The notes: generated by a model from the letters alone, not told the origin. Positions 1 to 9,236 are shown, counted from the first letter of the stretch. The stretch: DNA of 64,000 nucleotides from Bdellovibrionales bacterium (GCA_964229765.1 CAXREJ010000051.1:52662-116661); one strand, 5' to 3'. Numbers and translations: made by a program.

Positions 1-158
1 AGGCTGGTAAAGCCATTCCAATATGGATGGCTGATTTAATACGTATTTTTAATTTGAATTTACGTTCGTTTTCAAAATATGAAAGAAGTCTTGAATGTTA
101 TTATTTTCTTGAGCAGGAAGAGTTATTTCAAAGCATACCAACTCTAGCCTTTGCTTAA
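1..158 (+). CDS. 3' end of a VTC-domain (polyphosphate-polymerase-like) protein; the gene starts left of the window
   Basis: An open frame runs from position 3 to TAA at 156-158 (...AGKAIPIWMADLIRIFNLNLRSFSKYERSLECYYF...). The IPxW...SFSKY tail matches my memory of VTC-domain C-termini. Its usual partner, a DUF4956 gene, follows. Confidence 0.45.
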   Translation, partial: AGKAIPIWMADLIRIFNLNLRSFSKYERSLECYYFLEQEELFQSIPTLAFA

Positions 159-458
159 AGTTTACCTTATTTTAGCTCATCTTGAATGAGCTCTTTTTAT
201 CAATCTGAAAAGCCTGTTTGATATTGTCTTTGAAGCCTTTTCAAAACGTATTCAATAGCCACTTTCTTATCATGATCATTTTTAAGTAATCATTGCTAAA
301 AGAAAAATTATCTATCGTCAGTAGAATTTAGAAGAAACTAGTGGTGTACAGCCTTTAGACAGTTAAGGAAAATTTATATCACTCATCGAGAATGATAAAT
401 AACTATCAGAAAAAGTGATATGCATGGGTTATATTTATAAGTATGGAGATCGGGAAAA

Positions 459-1145
459 GTGGAAATAGGGCTAAATACGTTTAACTTAATGGCGATGAAT
501 CCAACTTTATGGACATCAACTCAAGGTGTTCTTCTCGCTTTTATCATAGGAAGTCTTTTAGCGCTGACCTACATTTTGACATATGAAGGCTTAAGTTACT
601 CTAAGAGCTTTATACAATCATTAGTATTAAGTCCGATTGTTTCTGCAATTGCGATGATGGCTATAGATGGTAGCTTAGCTCGTGGTATTGGTATGATGGG
701 AGCCTTTTCTATATTGCGATTTAGATCTAATCTTAAAGATCCTAAAGATATGTTTTTTCTTTTTGCCAGTTTATCTTTAGGAATTTCTTGCGGAGTTCTC
801 GCTTTTTCAGTGACTATTACGGGAACTATTTGTTTTTGTGTTGTTATTTTTATTTTATCTAAAACGCCGTTTACTCAAACGTCTAATTTTGACGGGCTAT
901 TAAGGTTTAATATCCCTGCGGATTTAGTTAAGCAGGAGAATGTTAATACTATTTTAGTAAACAATTGTAGACGCTTTGCTTTGGTGACAATTAAAGATTC
1001 TGCGCAAGGAAATAGAATAGATTTCGCTTATCAAATAAAATTAAAGAATGAAAATCAACAAGCTCTTCTCGTAAAAGAGTTACAGGCTGTTGAAAGCTTG
1101 AGCGGGTTACAGCTTTTATTACAGCAATCGACGATGGAAGTGTAA
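459..1145 (+). CDS. DUF4956-family integral membrane protein
   Basis: 228-aa ORF with a GTG start and several hydrophobic helices. The motif GAFSILRFRSNLKDPKDMFFLFASLSLGISCG matches the remembered DUF4956 core (AFSLVRFRS...FLAMAxGLAxG). Confidence 0.65.
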   Translation: MEIGLNTFNLMAMNPTLWTSTQGVLLAFIIGSLLALTYILTYEGLSYSKSFIQSLVLSPIVSAIAMMAIDGSLARGIGMMGAFSILRFRSNLKDPKDMFFLFASLSLGISCGVLAFSVTITGTICFCVVIFILSKTPFTQTSNFDGLLRFNIPADLVKQENVNTILVNNCRRFALVTIKDSAQGNRIDFAYQIKLKNENQQALLVKELQAVESLSGLQLLLQQSTMEV

Positions 1146-1149
1146 TAAG

Positions 1150-2034
1150 ATGGCCGCAAATACTTTAGAAGATATAAAAAAGAATACAGTAAAAACTCAC
1201 AGAAGTTCCTTTTTTAAGGATTTGGAGTTTCTGATAGTTAATAAAGTGTTGTTCTTAGGGATTTCAACGGCTATGGGAATCTTACTTTGGGTGAGTTACG
1301 TTAATTATAGCACTTATCAGATTTTACCAGGAATGACGGAGTCTAATCCATTTAATATCAACTTTCAGGAACCAGTGGTGGTCAAAGAAATTTTAGTTCA
1401 ATCAGGTCAATTAATTAATAAGGGAGATGTTCTTTTTATCCTGAAAAGACCTGATATTCAAATGAGGCACTACGAAAACAAAGCGCTGCTTAAGCAGTCT
1501 GTGGTTGAGCTTAATATTCTCTATGAAAAAAATTGGTATGCAAAAAAATGGGCTACTTACTTACAGAATAAGCAAGATAAAAATACTTCCTTGTCCGTAT
1601 CTGAGATGAAGTTTTTGGCAATGTACGAAACAGATCAGTTTCTAGAAAATGAAAAGCAAAATTTAAAAGTGGTTGCTCCAGTGACAGGGCACGCCGGTGA
1701 GATCTTAATCAATGTTGGAGAAACAGTGGCACCTTATACGAGCCTTATCTCTGTTTACAGGCCTAAGGCAAGTATTGTTAAATCCTATATACCTGAAACT
1801 TTTAATATTGCTGAAATTAATAGAAACCGAAAGTCAATTATCCGTTCTATGTCCAGAAGTTATCAAATTCATGGAGATGTTATTTCAATAGGAACAATGT
1901 TGACAGAACTTCCAGCTCGTTTTCAGAAAGATCCACTGAATAAGCTTTATGGGAGAGAAATAAAAATATCTTTACCAGAGGGAAATAAATTTTTCTTAGG
2001 CGAAAAGGTTTTTGTCTCTTTAGAGGGAAGTTAA
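1150..2034 (+). CDS. HlyD-like membrane-fusion / periplasmic adaptor protein
   Basis: 294 aa with an N-terminal TM helix (VLFLGISTAMGILLWVSYV). It has lipoyl-like hairpin halves (ILVQSGQLINKGDVLFIL ... VVAPVTGHAGEILINVGETVAPYTSLISV) and a C-terminal beta-barrel pattern. It starts 4 nt after the upstream stop. Confidence 0.6.
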   Translation: MAANTLEDIKKNTVKTHRSSFFKDLEFLIVNKVLFLGISTAMGILLWVSYVNYSTYQILPGMTESNPFNINFQEPVVVKEILVQSGQLINKGDVLFILKRPDIQMRHYENKALLKQSVVELNILYEKNWYAKKWATYLQNKQDKNTSLSVSEMKFLAMYETDQFLENEKQNLKVVAPVTGHAGEILINVGETVAPYTSLISVYRPKASIVKSYIPETFNIAEINRNRKSIIRSMSRSYQIHGDVISIGTMLTELPARFQKDPLNKLYGREIKISLPEGNKFFLGEKVFVSLEGS

Positions 2035-2035
2035 A

Positions 2036-3211
2036 GTGCTCCATTTTGCTCTTATTTTTTTAACTGTAAGTCATTCATTGTGTATGGCTCTGGCCGCTAC
2101 CGATCCTATTATTGAGTGGGTTAATAAAGAAGTCGGGGATGGGGGAGTACAGTCTGTAGAGGCACTCAATCCCGGTCTTTTTCCCTTTAATGATAGTGAA
2201 ATACGAATTGAAACAGATAATAATGGTATATTCAATGAGCAGCAAATACGCTTTGGATTAAAGCCTATAATGGGGATGACTAATGAAATTAGACTTTCTC
2301 GGCAAAGACGTAAGGTAATAGAATTAAAGAAAAAGTTCTATGCTTCAAATCGATTATTATTAGCCTATCTTGAGGTTTTAAATTATTGGAAGCTACTAAA
2401 AATGCAAGAAATCTTGGAGGAAAGTGATACTTTTTTTCAGAAGGCTCAAAGAAATTTACATGCTCTTCAAGGGGATCATGCTTTTGATTCTAATGGCTTT
2501 GTTTCTGATTTGGCTTTTTTTGCGGAAATAAAATCAAAGGTCAATTCTCAAATTATTGGTATCCGTGAAGAGTTTAATAGTGAGACTAAAAGTTTATCTT
2601 CTTCCTATATTAAGAACTTGGTTTTTATTGATTATCCAAAGATGAAAACGGTTTTAAGCTCTTTAGAAAAAAAGATGGACTTAACTCTGGAGCTGGAAGT
2701 TCAAAAAATGAGTCATCTGGAGTTTGAGCGCAAGAAAAGGGAAGCTTATCAAGTATTAAAATTCATATCAGTAAAGAGGGATGAGAATGTTTTTCGTCCA
2801 CAAGATTTTAGTGTTCAGTTGGCTTTTCGACTCCCATTTTTATCTGATAGTTCAGAGCTGGAAGATGCGAAGCTGGATTTTTATGAAGAGAAAATAAAGT
2901 TTCATACAGCGAAAATAGAAAAAGAACAGTCTCTTTCTGAGTTATATTCTGAGTTTCAAGGATTAAGTGAGAAGATTAAAATCTTACAACTTTTACCTAA
3001 AAGTAGTTTTAATCGTCAGAAACTGGCTGGCTCCATGACTGATTTAGGTTCCGCATTAAAAAGTGAGACCAATTTTTTGAAGGCAAAACTGAATTATTTA
3101 GAAACACATACTCAAATTTTTTATTGTTACTTGCAGATACTATCCTTCAAAGGAAAATTGAAAGATGTAAGTTATAATCCACTTTCGCAAACACCTCAGT
3201 TATTGAAATAG
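2036..3211 (+). CDS. Secreted coiled-coil protein, possibly the outer-membrane partner of the adjacent adaptor (TolC-like role not shown)
   Basis: 391 aa with a GTG start 1 nt after the upstream stop and a signal-like N-terminus (LIFLTVSHSLCMALAA). Long heptad-like helical stretches are present. No diagnostic motif was recognised. Confidence 0.3.
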   Translation: MLHFALIFLTVSHSLCMALAATDPIIEWVNKEVGDGGVQSVEALNPGLFPFNDSEIRIETDNNGIFNEQQIRFGLKPIMGMTNEIRLSRQRRKVIELKKKFYASNRLLLAYLEVLNYWKLLKMQEILEESDTFFQKAQRNLHALQGDHAFDSNGFVSDLAFFAEIKSKVNSQIIGIREEFNSETKSLSSSYIKNLVFIDYPKMKTVLSSLEKKMDLTLELEVQKMSHLEFERKKREAYQVLKFISVKRDENVFRPQDFSVQLAFRLPFLSDSSELEDAKLDFYEEKIKFHTAKIEKEQSLSELYSEFQGLSEKIKILQLLPKSSFNRQKLAGSMTDLGSALKSETNFLKAKLNYLETHTQIFYCYLQILSFKGKLKDVSYNPLSQTPQLLK

Positions 3212-3394
3212 TTTTTAAGTTTTTGAGAAAAATTAATTGTCTCAAGATAAAACAACCAAGACTTAGGGACTTCTATTTTTACTTATATAGTCAAAGATAT
3301 TTACATTAGTTATTAGCAGGGTCTTTAATAGAACTCCTTCTTTGTTTGCACGATAAATTTTAAAATTTATGGTTGTGAATCCCGATAGGGAGTC

Positions 3395-4465
3395 ATGGTC
3401 TTAAAGAAAAAAAATAGAACATTATTCTCGCTTACAAGAAGTCTAAGAATTATTTTTATCGAGATGCTTATAGTTTCATTAAGTGCTTGTGGGCCCGTAT
3501 TGCATCAAGCTGAAACACTTACCGATGAGATGAGCTTAGAGAATGAAAACCATAATGGTGAAGAATTAGCAAATGATGGAGATCATTTGGAAGGTGACAT
3601 TATCGACAATGGCATTCAAAGTGATTTGTCAGTGTTTCCTGATGGCCGTCCCCTTTCTTCTGTCAAAGTGAGTGGTTCATCGTTGAATGTTTCTTACGGA
3701 ACAGGTTACAGATTTACAGATGAGAATATGCAAGATTACTTACAACTAAAAAAAGCCAGTCTGGAACAAAGTGGACATCCTGTTCAATGGGCATTTATGA
3801 ACCTGTCCAATGGAAAAATGATCGCTAAAAGCCAATCTTCTGATTTAAAAATCTTTGGAGCTTCTAGTTCTAAGATTTTTGTTGCTGCGACACTGCTCGA
3901 TAAGAATAAAGGGGAGTTGAGTGATACAGAGTTGCAAAAAATGGCGGATATGATTGTTGTATCCTCAAATTCGGCTTGGACACAATTGCAGACGATCATT
4001 GGTGATGGGTCCTCTGATCGTGGAAGAGAGGCTAACTATAATTTCACACAAAAACTGGGCTATGAGAAAACAAGAGGGTGGCAGGGCTACTGGGGTTCGA
4101 TTCATGGTAATGAGCTTGTTCCAACTGAGACCGTTGAGTTTCTTTATGATACATATCAACAAAAGTTCCCTGGAGCAGAATGGCTATGGAAACTGATGTA
4201 CTCTTGTCGCACGGGGAGTACGAGAGGTAAAAAGTATCTACCTAAAAGTCTAGTTGTTGGTGGAAAGACCGGAACTTATGATGGTCCTACTGAGAACCCT
4301 CAAACGGGTGAGTCTTATACGGTAAAAATTCGTAATCATGTTATGATCTTTAAAGTGGGAGAGACGCAGTATGGACTTGCGATTCTTGCTAATTCTGGGA
4401 GTAATGAATCAGCAGCCCTCATGGCGGGAGGACTGCTTAGAGAATACACTGATTTTACTGAATAA
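3395..4465 (+). CDS. Lipoprotein, class-A beta-lactamase-like / PBP-like serine hydrolase
   Basis: Lipobox LSAC|G is followed by an acidic linker. The motifs occur in class-A order: SxxK (ASSSKIF), SxN (VVSSNSAW) and KTG (GGKTGTYDG). Confidence 0.6.
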   Translation: MVLKKKNRTLFSLTRSLRIIFIEMLIVSLSACGPVLHQAETLTDEMSLENENHNGEELANDGDHLEGDIIDNGIQSDLSVFPDGRPLSSVKVSGSSLNVSYGTGYRFTDENMQDYLQLKKASLEQSGHPVQWAFMNLSNGKMIAKSQSSDLKIFGASSSKIFVAATLLDKNKGELSDTELQKMADMIVVSSNSAWTQLQTIIGDGSSDRGREANYNFTQKLGYEKTRGWQGYWGSIHGNELVPTETVEFLYDTYQQKFPGAEWLWKLMYSCRTGSTRGKKYLPKSLVVGGKTGTYDGPTENPQTGESYTVKIRNHVMIFKVGETQYGLAILANSGSNESAALMAGGLLREYTDFTE

Positions 4466-6014
4466 ATGGACGAACCTGTTTTAAATAAACACTTCTGCTG
4501 CCAGTGTCTAAATCATCCACCTTAAATTCAATATCAAGAGGTTTTGCGATCTGATCTTCGCCAGCGAAGACGGGAGCAAAGTGTTCAACGGCTTTTAAGC
4601 TTTGATATACAAGTTCCTTAATTTCTTCATTTTGCAATACAGGAACCGGATTGGGATTGGGTAATACAGTGATCATGTCGTCGGCGATATTTGATTGTGC
4701 TAAGACATGAACTTCATACTGTGACTTATCGAGTGGTTGTTGTTCATTGTATAGTACAAGAATTTTCTCAGACTCCACACCCACAAGAGGATTGGCAACA
4801 CTGTGATCATCTCCTCTCTGAGCTTCAATATAAACTCCTGCCCCTTGTAGGTCCTCTCTTTGAGCAACATTAGCGGTTACGAGTACTCCGTCAGCTTCTT
4901 CATTGCTATAAGAAGGATTAATTTGTATCGCCATGTAGATTTGATCATGGGCAATCGCAAAAGCTTCTCGTTCTTCGTAGGCTCGTAAGTTCCAAACGGA
5001 GCCCCATACAACTTTGATGGCTTTTTTAAGGCTTTTTAGTTTTTTATTTGTCGATTTTTCTTCACCATTTTTATTAGGTTTATAGGATTCAGAAGTGTAG
5101 AGACCGGCTCCATTAAAATTTGGTAAATCTTCAGCATTGGTGGAGCTTCTCAACTTCATTTTCATTTTGTGGCCTTGAGCATCCACATAATTGTCTAATC
5201 GTGTGAGAAGTTCATTAAGAAAGGACTCATCAATAAGAGTTGCATCGGATTCAATAAGTCCTCGTACTACAGATAGTTTTTCTTCGCGATAACGACTGGC
5301 AGAAATTCTTCTCATTAAAGGATCTCTAAGTAGGTTTGAGATGGCATCTTTTAATATCGGATTATTATCCACAAATTGAGAATAGTAATAAAAAGGCACA
5401 GCCATTGATGGACGGACAAGAGTTTGATTATTGGTATTTAATGCACGGGCTAATTCGGCATAGTTTGCGGCTTTAGATCCAACTTTATCAAAGTCTTGCC
5501 AACCTAGTTCATCCATAGTGAAAATGGTTTGAGTTTCTATATCTGCAACAAGATCAATGGGTTCTCTCGCCGCTACCTTTTGACGGTAAAAGTTTTGAGC
5601 TTGCCCTTGATTTGATTGGGTTAAACTAACTTCCCCTTCAGCTGTAGCAATGAGATGAACCCAGTCACCATCTGTAAATCCGCCAAAGATGGGATCATTC
5701 ATTCCTTGCTCAAGTGCGGAGATATCCAGATTGGGTATTTTTTTTGCACGAGCTTTAATGAGGACATGTGATAGGGCCCCTTGGGGTTTTAAAGTAATAG
5801 TTCCCGCGACATCTGACATATCAAAAGGCATTTCAGCAAAAACCGGAATTGATAGTGGAGAAAGAGATTTATATTTATCTGATTCATCTAAAATGTCTTC
5901 GGCTGATAAATAGACAAGTTGCCCATGGGTTTCGCCAGGGTTTACAACTCGAACTTGAGCTGTAGCAAGGTTTGTAAAGAAAATTAGAAATAGAAATATA
6001 TATAAGGTTTTCAT
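4455..6014 (-). CDS. Secreted PEP/pyruvate-binding (PPDK_N, ATP-grasp) domain protein
   Basis: 519 aa with signal peptide MKTLYIFLFLIFFTNLATA|Q. VGSKAANYAEL and LRSSTNAEDLPNFNGAGLYTS match the PPDK_N hallmarks (GGKAxNL; RSSAxxEDxxxxSFAG). Its 3' end overlaps the convergent gene by 11 nt. Confidence 0.6.
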   Translation of the reverse strand: MKTLYIFLFLIFFTNLATAQVRVVNPGETHGQLVYLSAEDILDESDKYKSLSPLSIPVFAEMPFDMSDVAGTITLKPQGALSHVLIKARAKKIPNLDISALEQGMNDPIFGGFTDGDWVHLIATAEGEVSLTQSNQGQAQNFYRQKVAAREPIDLVADIETQTIFTMDELGWQDFDKVGSKAANYAELARALNTNNQTLVRPSMAVPFYYYSQFVDNNPILKDAISNLLRDPLMRRISASRYREEKLSVVRGLIESDATLIDESFLNELLTRLDNYVDAQGHKMKMKLRSSTNAEDLPNFNGAGLYTSESYKPNKNGEEKSTNKKLKSLKKAIKVVWGSVWNLRAYEEREAFAIAHDQIYMAIQINPSYSNEEADGVLVTANVAQREDLQGAGVYIEAQRGDDHSVANPLVGVESEKILVLYNEQQPLDKSQYEVHVLAQSNIADDMITVLPNPNPVPVLQNEEIKELVYQSLKAVEHFAPVFAGEDQIAKPLDIEFKVDDLDTGSRSVYLKQVRPFIQ

Positions 6015-6025
6015 TTTTTTTCTCC

Positions 6026-7402
6026 CTATTGATTTAACATCACAGAAACAGAGTTTAAAGAAGAGGACTTTAAAGTGTCATCGCGGAATTGTTCCATTGA
6101 GCTTTCACCGCTGGCGGTTATCCAAGTCGTTAGGTTGGAGCCAAACACCTCATCAAGTGTCATTGAGGCAATATCTAAAATATCAAACATTAGTGAAGAG
6201 GCACTCTCATTTTCAGTTCGATTCATTTCTTCATAAAAGTAAATCCAGTTGTCTTTGATTAATAGGCCTTCAACAAAAATCATATTAAGAAGAGTTAATC
6301 CTTTGGTTTTTGAATCAATGGCTCCCAATTTAATAGTCTCTTTGTTAAGATAGTCACAAGTGCTAGCAATACCAGAAAGGGCTTTAGCCTTTTTGTCCCA
6401 AGGGATAGAGTTGGTAGTAAGCTCTTGCTTGGCCTCTACCAAAGCTTCAGAGAGTAAGAATAATGACTCTGCATTTACTCCAGCAGTGATTAAGTGTTCG
6501 GCCGCGACTTTTAAATTAACTAAGCCAGCATTGTTTGCAATTGTTACTAAATCCTCAGGACTTGCGTTAAAGTATTCTGTGAGCATCCTATGAATTCTTT
6601 GAAGATAAGTGTGACCATCGCGCCCATACCAAGAGTTTGCACTCAAGTAATCTTCGATCATCTTTAAGACATTTTCAGAGAGATTATTATGAATGGCATT
6701 TCTAAGTCGGTAGAGTCCGCGTACTCTTGAGTCTGAAGGCCCCCAGCTTTGGGCAAAAAAGTCATAAGAGTCTTTAATAAGTTGTCTAGACTCGGCAAGA
6801 GATGATGAGTTTACTATGGGACTTTGTTTGGCGAGCAAGTAAGCTGGTAAATATTGGTAAGAATTTTTTATGAGTGACAGATAAAAGTTAAAGAAGTAGG
6901 TCGCATATTCTTGTTCAAATTCAGAGCCAGCGATACCTCTAGTATTAAATCCTCTCGTGATGCCAGAGTCGGGAAAATGTCCTACATAGTATTTTTCGAG
7001 TACCCAATGAAGAATCATTTGATTGGCTTTTTCAATGGCAGCTTGACCAGAGGCAACTAAAGTTTGGTGGTCTAAGGAGAAAGAACCTTGCGGATTGTTG
7101 TATACAAACTCACCCATTAATTCGTAATAATTGGTTGTGAATAAGTTACCTGTATAAACTCCAAATTCACTTACTAAGCTTTGAGCCGAATCATTGCGAT
7201 AAGCCGCTTGAAAGAGGAAACTTCCAGAAGGAGAGGCTCCTGATCTCACAGTTGTGCGACTTCTTGTTCCTTGTAAATAATTGAGCCCAAAAGGACCTTT
7301 TTGAATTCGTTGAACCTCTTGGAAAAGCTCAGTCACATTAGCTTGGGCTAAAAGAGGAAGACCAAGTAAAAAAATAAAAATAAAATTGCTTACTAATTTC
7401 AT
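6026..7402 (-). CDS. Secreted hypothetical protein
   Basis: 458 aa with signal peptide MKLVSNFIFIFLLGLPLLAQA|N. It sits 11 nt upstream of the next gene in the same operon. No motif was recognised. Confidence 0.7.
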   Translation of the reverse strand: MKLVSNFIFIFLLGLPLLAQANVTELFQEVQRIQKGPFGLNYLQGTRSRTTVRSGASPSGSFLFQAAYRNDSAQSLVSEFGVYTGNLFTTNYYELMGEFVYNNPQGSFSLDHQTLVASGQAAIEKANQMILHWVLEKYYVGHFPDSGITRGFNTRGIAGSEFEQEYATYFFNFYLSLIKNSYQYLPAYLLAKQSPIVNSSSLAESRQLIKDSYDFFAQSWGPSDSRVRGLYRLRNAIHNNLSENVLKMIEDYLSANSWYGRDGHTYLQRIHRMLTEYFNASPEDLVTIANNAGLVNLKVAAEHLITAGVNAESLFLLSEALVEAKQELTTNSIPWDKKAKALSGIASTCDYLNKETIKLGAIDSKTKGLTLLNMIFVEGLLIKDNWIYFYEEMNRTENESASSLMFDILDIASMTLDEVFGSNLTTWITASGESSMEQFRDDTLKSSSLNSVSVMLNQ

Positions 7403-7412
7403 TATTTGTCCC

Positions 7413-9236
7413 TTAATAAATAGTATTTAAAACATCTGATTTTTCTTGTTCAAAAGCGGCACTGCCACAATCTTGTGAATTAGACGTTGGAGCACAGCCT
7501 TTAACTCTTCCCATAAGGCGAACGAGGCGCATTCCAATAGTTGAGTTTCCTCTTGATTGCATACCTGAAGTGGTTATTGGGCTATAGAATTGAACTTTGT
7601 CTCTTTCGTAAGTTTGTTCATAGAGTGGGAAAATACCGGACACTTCCATGGAAGTTCTTACTCTTTTTCTTTGTAGATCTAAATGGGAGGGCATGGAAAC
7701 TTTAGGATCTAAAAACTCAAATTGACCAGTGACTCCATTGGTTTGAAAAACATTGTTTTGTCCATAAAGGTCTTCGTAGAAGTTATATTTATCATCCATT
7801 GCAATATTGAGATTTTTTCCATCTCGTTTAGAAAGTCCACTGGACCCTTGAGTGTCATAGGAAATCATATATTCAACACCCATGACTTCAACATTGCCAT
7901 CACCATCAATATCGTAAAGATCGAAATCTTCAGAATCATTTCCAAACTGATAAACCTGTTTCATTTTTTCATTTTCTACAGGCATAATATGTCTCATTTC
8001 CCAAACATGACCTAAAGGTAGTCTCAAGCAGCCACTTGAAACTCCACCACGTTTGACAGCCCAAAGCTGAGTGTGGTTGGTGGGGGCCATTAGTAATTCT
8101 TTTACTGAGTTTGAGAAGCTTCCGCCAGCAAAGCGTACCGCGGGATTATGGAAACCATTTCCAATCGCTTCAAAGTCCATTTTTGGTGCCCAGCCATAGT
8201 AAGGCTCTCTTCTAATGTGATCAACCTCATGGTATCCTCTATCAAGGAAAGGCCATAAACCTGGAGTAGCAAATTGTGGTATTCTATTTCCAAAGCGATC
8301 TCTCGTTGAACTTTTTAATGAGCCTGTGGGGTAGATGGTCGTAAATTCGTAATAGTTAAGCCAGCATTGGTCTTCTGCGCAGTTAATAGCATCAATCCAC
8401 TGACCATTATTATCAACCGTTTTGAAGTCATATTTCTCAGAAGTTATTTCTTTAAAAAGCTCTAGTGCTTGAGCTAAGAAGGCTGTTTCAGAATAATCGG
8501 CTACTAAATTTGCTAATTGTTGTAGGCTATTAACAACCTCAGTCGATGGAGTTTCTGTATAGTTAACTCTTCCCCATACTAGGGAGTTTAGTGCTTTGAT
8601 CGTTTCTTCGGAGTTAGTAGTAAAGGCTTGTTCAGGGCTTTGACCATTTAGAATAGAGGGGACAAGGTCTTTCCATTTGGCAAACTCATTGTTTAAGTTC
8701 AATCGAATTTCGAAGACACGACCAGGGTTCAGTTGTTTCATCACTTCAACACTTTGTTGGTAAAACAAAGGAGAGGTGGGGTTATTGGAACTCATTTTTT
8801 CTTGAATTCCATAAACGGGAGAAGTCACCACATTTTTAAAATTTTCTAATTGAGGTAGGAGTTCAGAATTGTCTGGATTGATATCTAAAGCGGCACGATG
8901 ACCGTTTTGAGAGGTGGTCATTTCTTCGTAGAAATTGAGGCGAGTCACTAAGTCATAGAGATAGTCTTGTAATGTCTTATCATCAAGGATAACACTCACA
9001 CGAGTTTGATTGCCACGAGAAGTGCGTATATGAATTCTATTTGGAAATTCACTTCTAGGAGCGAAACCAGTGTAAAAACTGGGGTAGTAATAGCTAATCC
9101 TTCCTTCTCCTGGTTTCCAACTTGTTCCCCAAACTAAAATTGAGTTGTTGTATTCATCAATAGGTGATTGTGCTTTAGATCTTGAAGTGGAGATAAAGGT
9201 TAAGGCCACAATAGTAAAAAGGGTGGTCAATTTCAT
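7413..9236 (-). CDS. Secreted protein with a YkuD-type L,D-transpeptidase-like catalytic signature
   Basis: 607 aa with signal peptide (...TFISTSRSKA|Q). H388-x14-S-G-C403-L-R (NHTQLWAVKRGGVSSGCLRL) fits the YkuD motif H-x(14-17)-[ST]-x-G-C-h-R. The Cys codon is at 8028-8030. Confidence 0.55.
   Translation of the reverse strand: MKLTTLFTIVALTFISTSRSKAQSPIDEYNNSILVWGTSWKPGEGRISYYYPSFYTGFAPRSEFPNRIHIRTSRGNQTRVSVILDDKTLQDYLYDLVTRLNFYEEMTTSQNGHRAALDINPDNSELLPQLENFKNVVTSPVYGIQEKMSSNNPTSPLFYQQSVEVMKQLNPGRVFEIRLNLNNEFAKWKDLVPSILNGQSPEQAFTTNSEETIKALNSLVWGRVNYTETPSTEVVNSLQQLANLVADYSETAFLAQALELFKEITSEKYDFKTVDNNGQWIDAINCAEDQCWLNYYEFTTIYPTGSLKSSTRDRFGNRIPQFATPGLWPFLDRGYHEVDHIRREPYYGWAPKMDFEAIGNGFHNPAVRFAGGSFSNSVKELLMAPTNHTQLWAVKRGGVSSGCLRLPLGHVWEMRHIMPVENEKMKQVYQFGNDSEDFDLYDIDGDGNVEVMGVEYMISYDTQGSSGLSKRDGKNLNIAMDDKYNFYEDLYGQNNVFQTNGVTGQFEFLDPKVSMPSHLDLQRKRVRTSMEVSGIFPLYEQTYERDKVQFYSPITTSGMQSRGNSTIGMRLVRLMGRVKGCAPTSNSQDCGSAAFEQEKSDVLNTIY

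Noticed and set aside
3784-4196. Nested and antisense ORFs inside long genes. Examples: 3784-3999, 3954-4196, 4691-4873, 7722-8015, 10160-10626, 11240-11729, 28576-29057, 31404-31798, 50427-51126, 52961-53287, 57974-58210, 59610-59840, 60601-61092 and 61692-62182.
   Set aside because: All lie within or antisense to much longer ORFs that have clear family motifs. Their compositions are low-complexity or mirror-codon artefacts.
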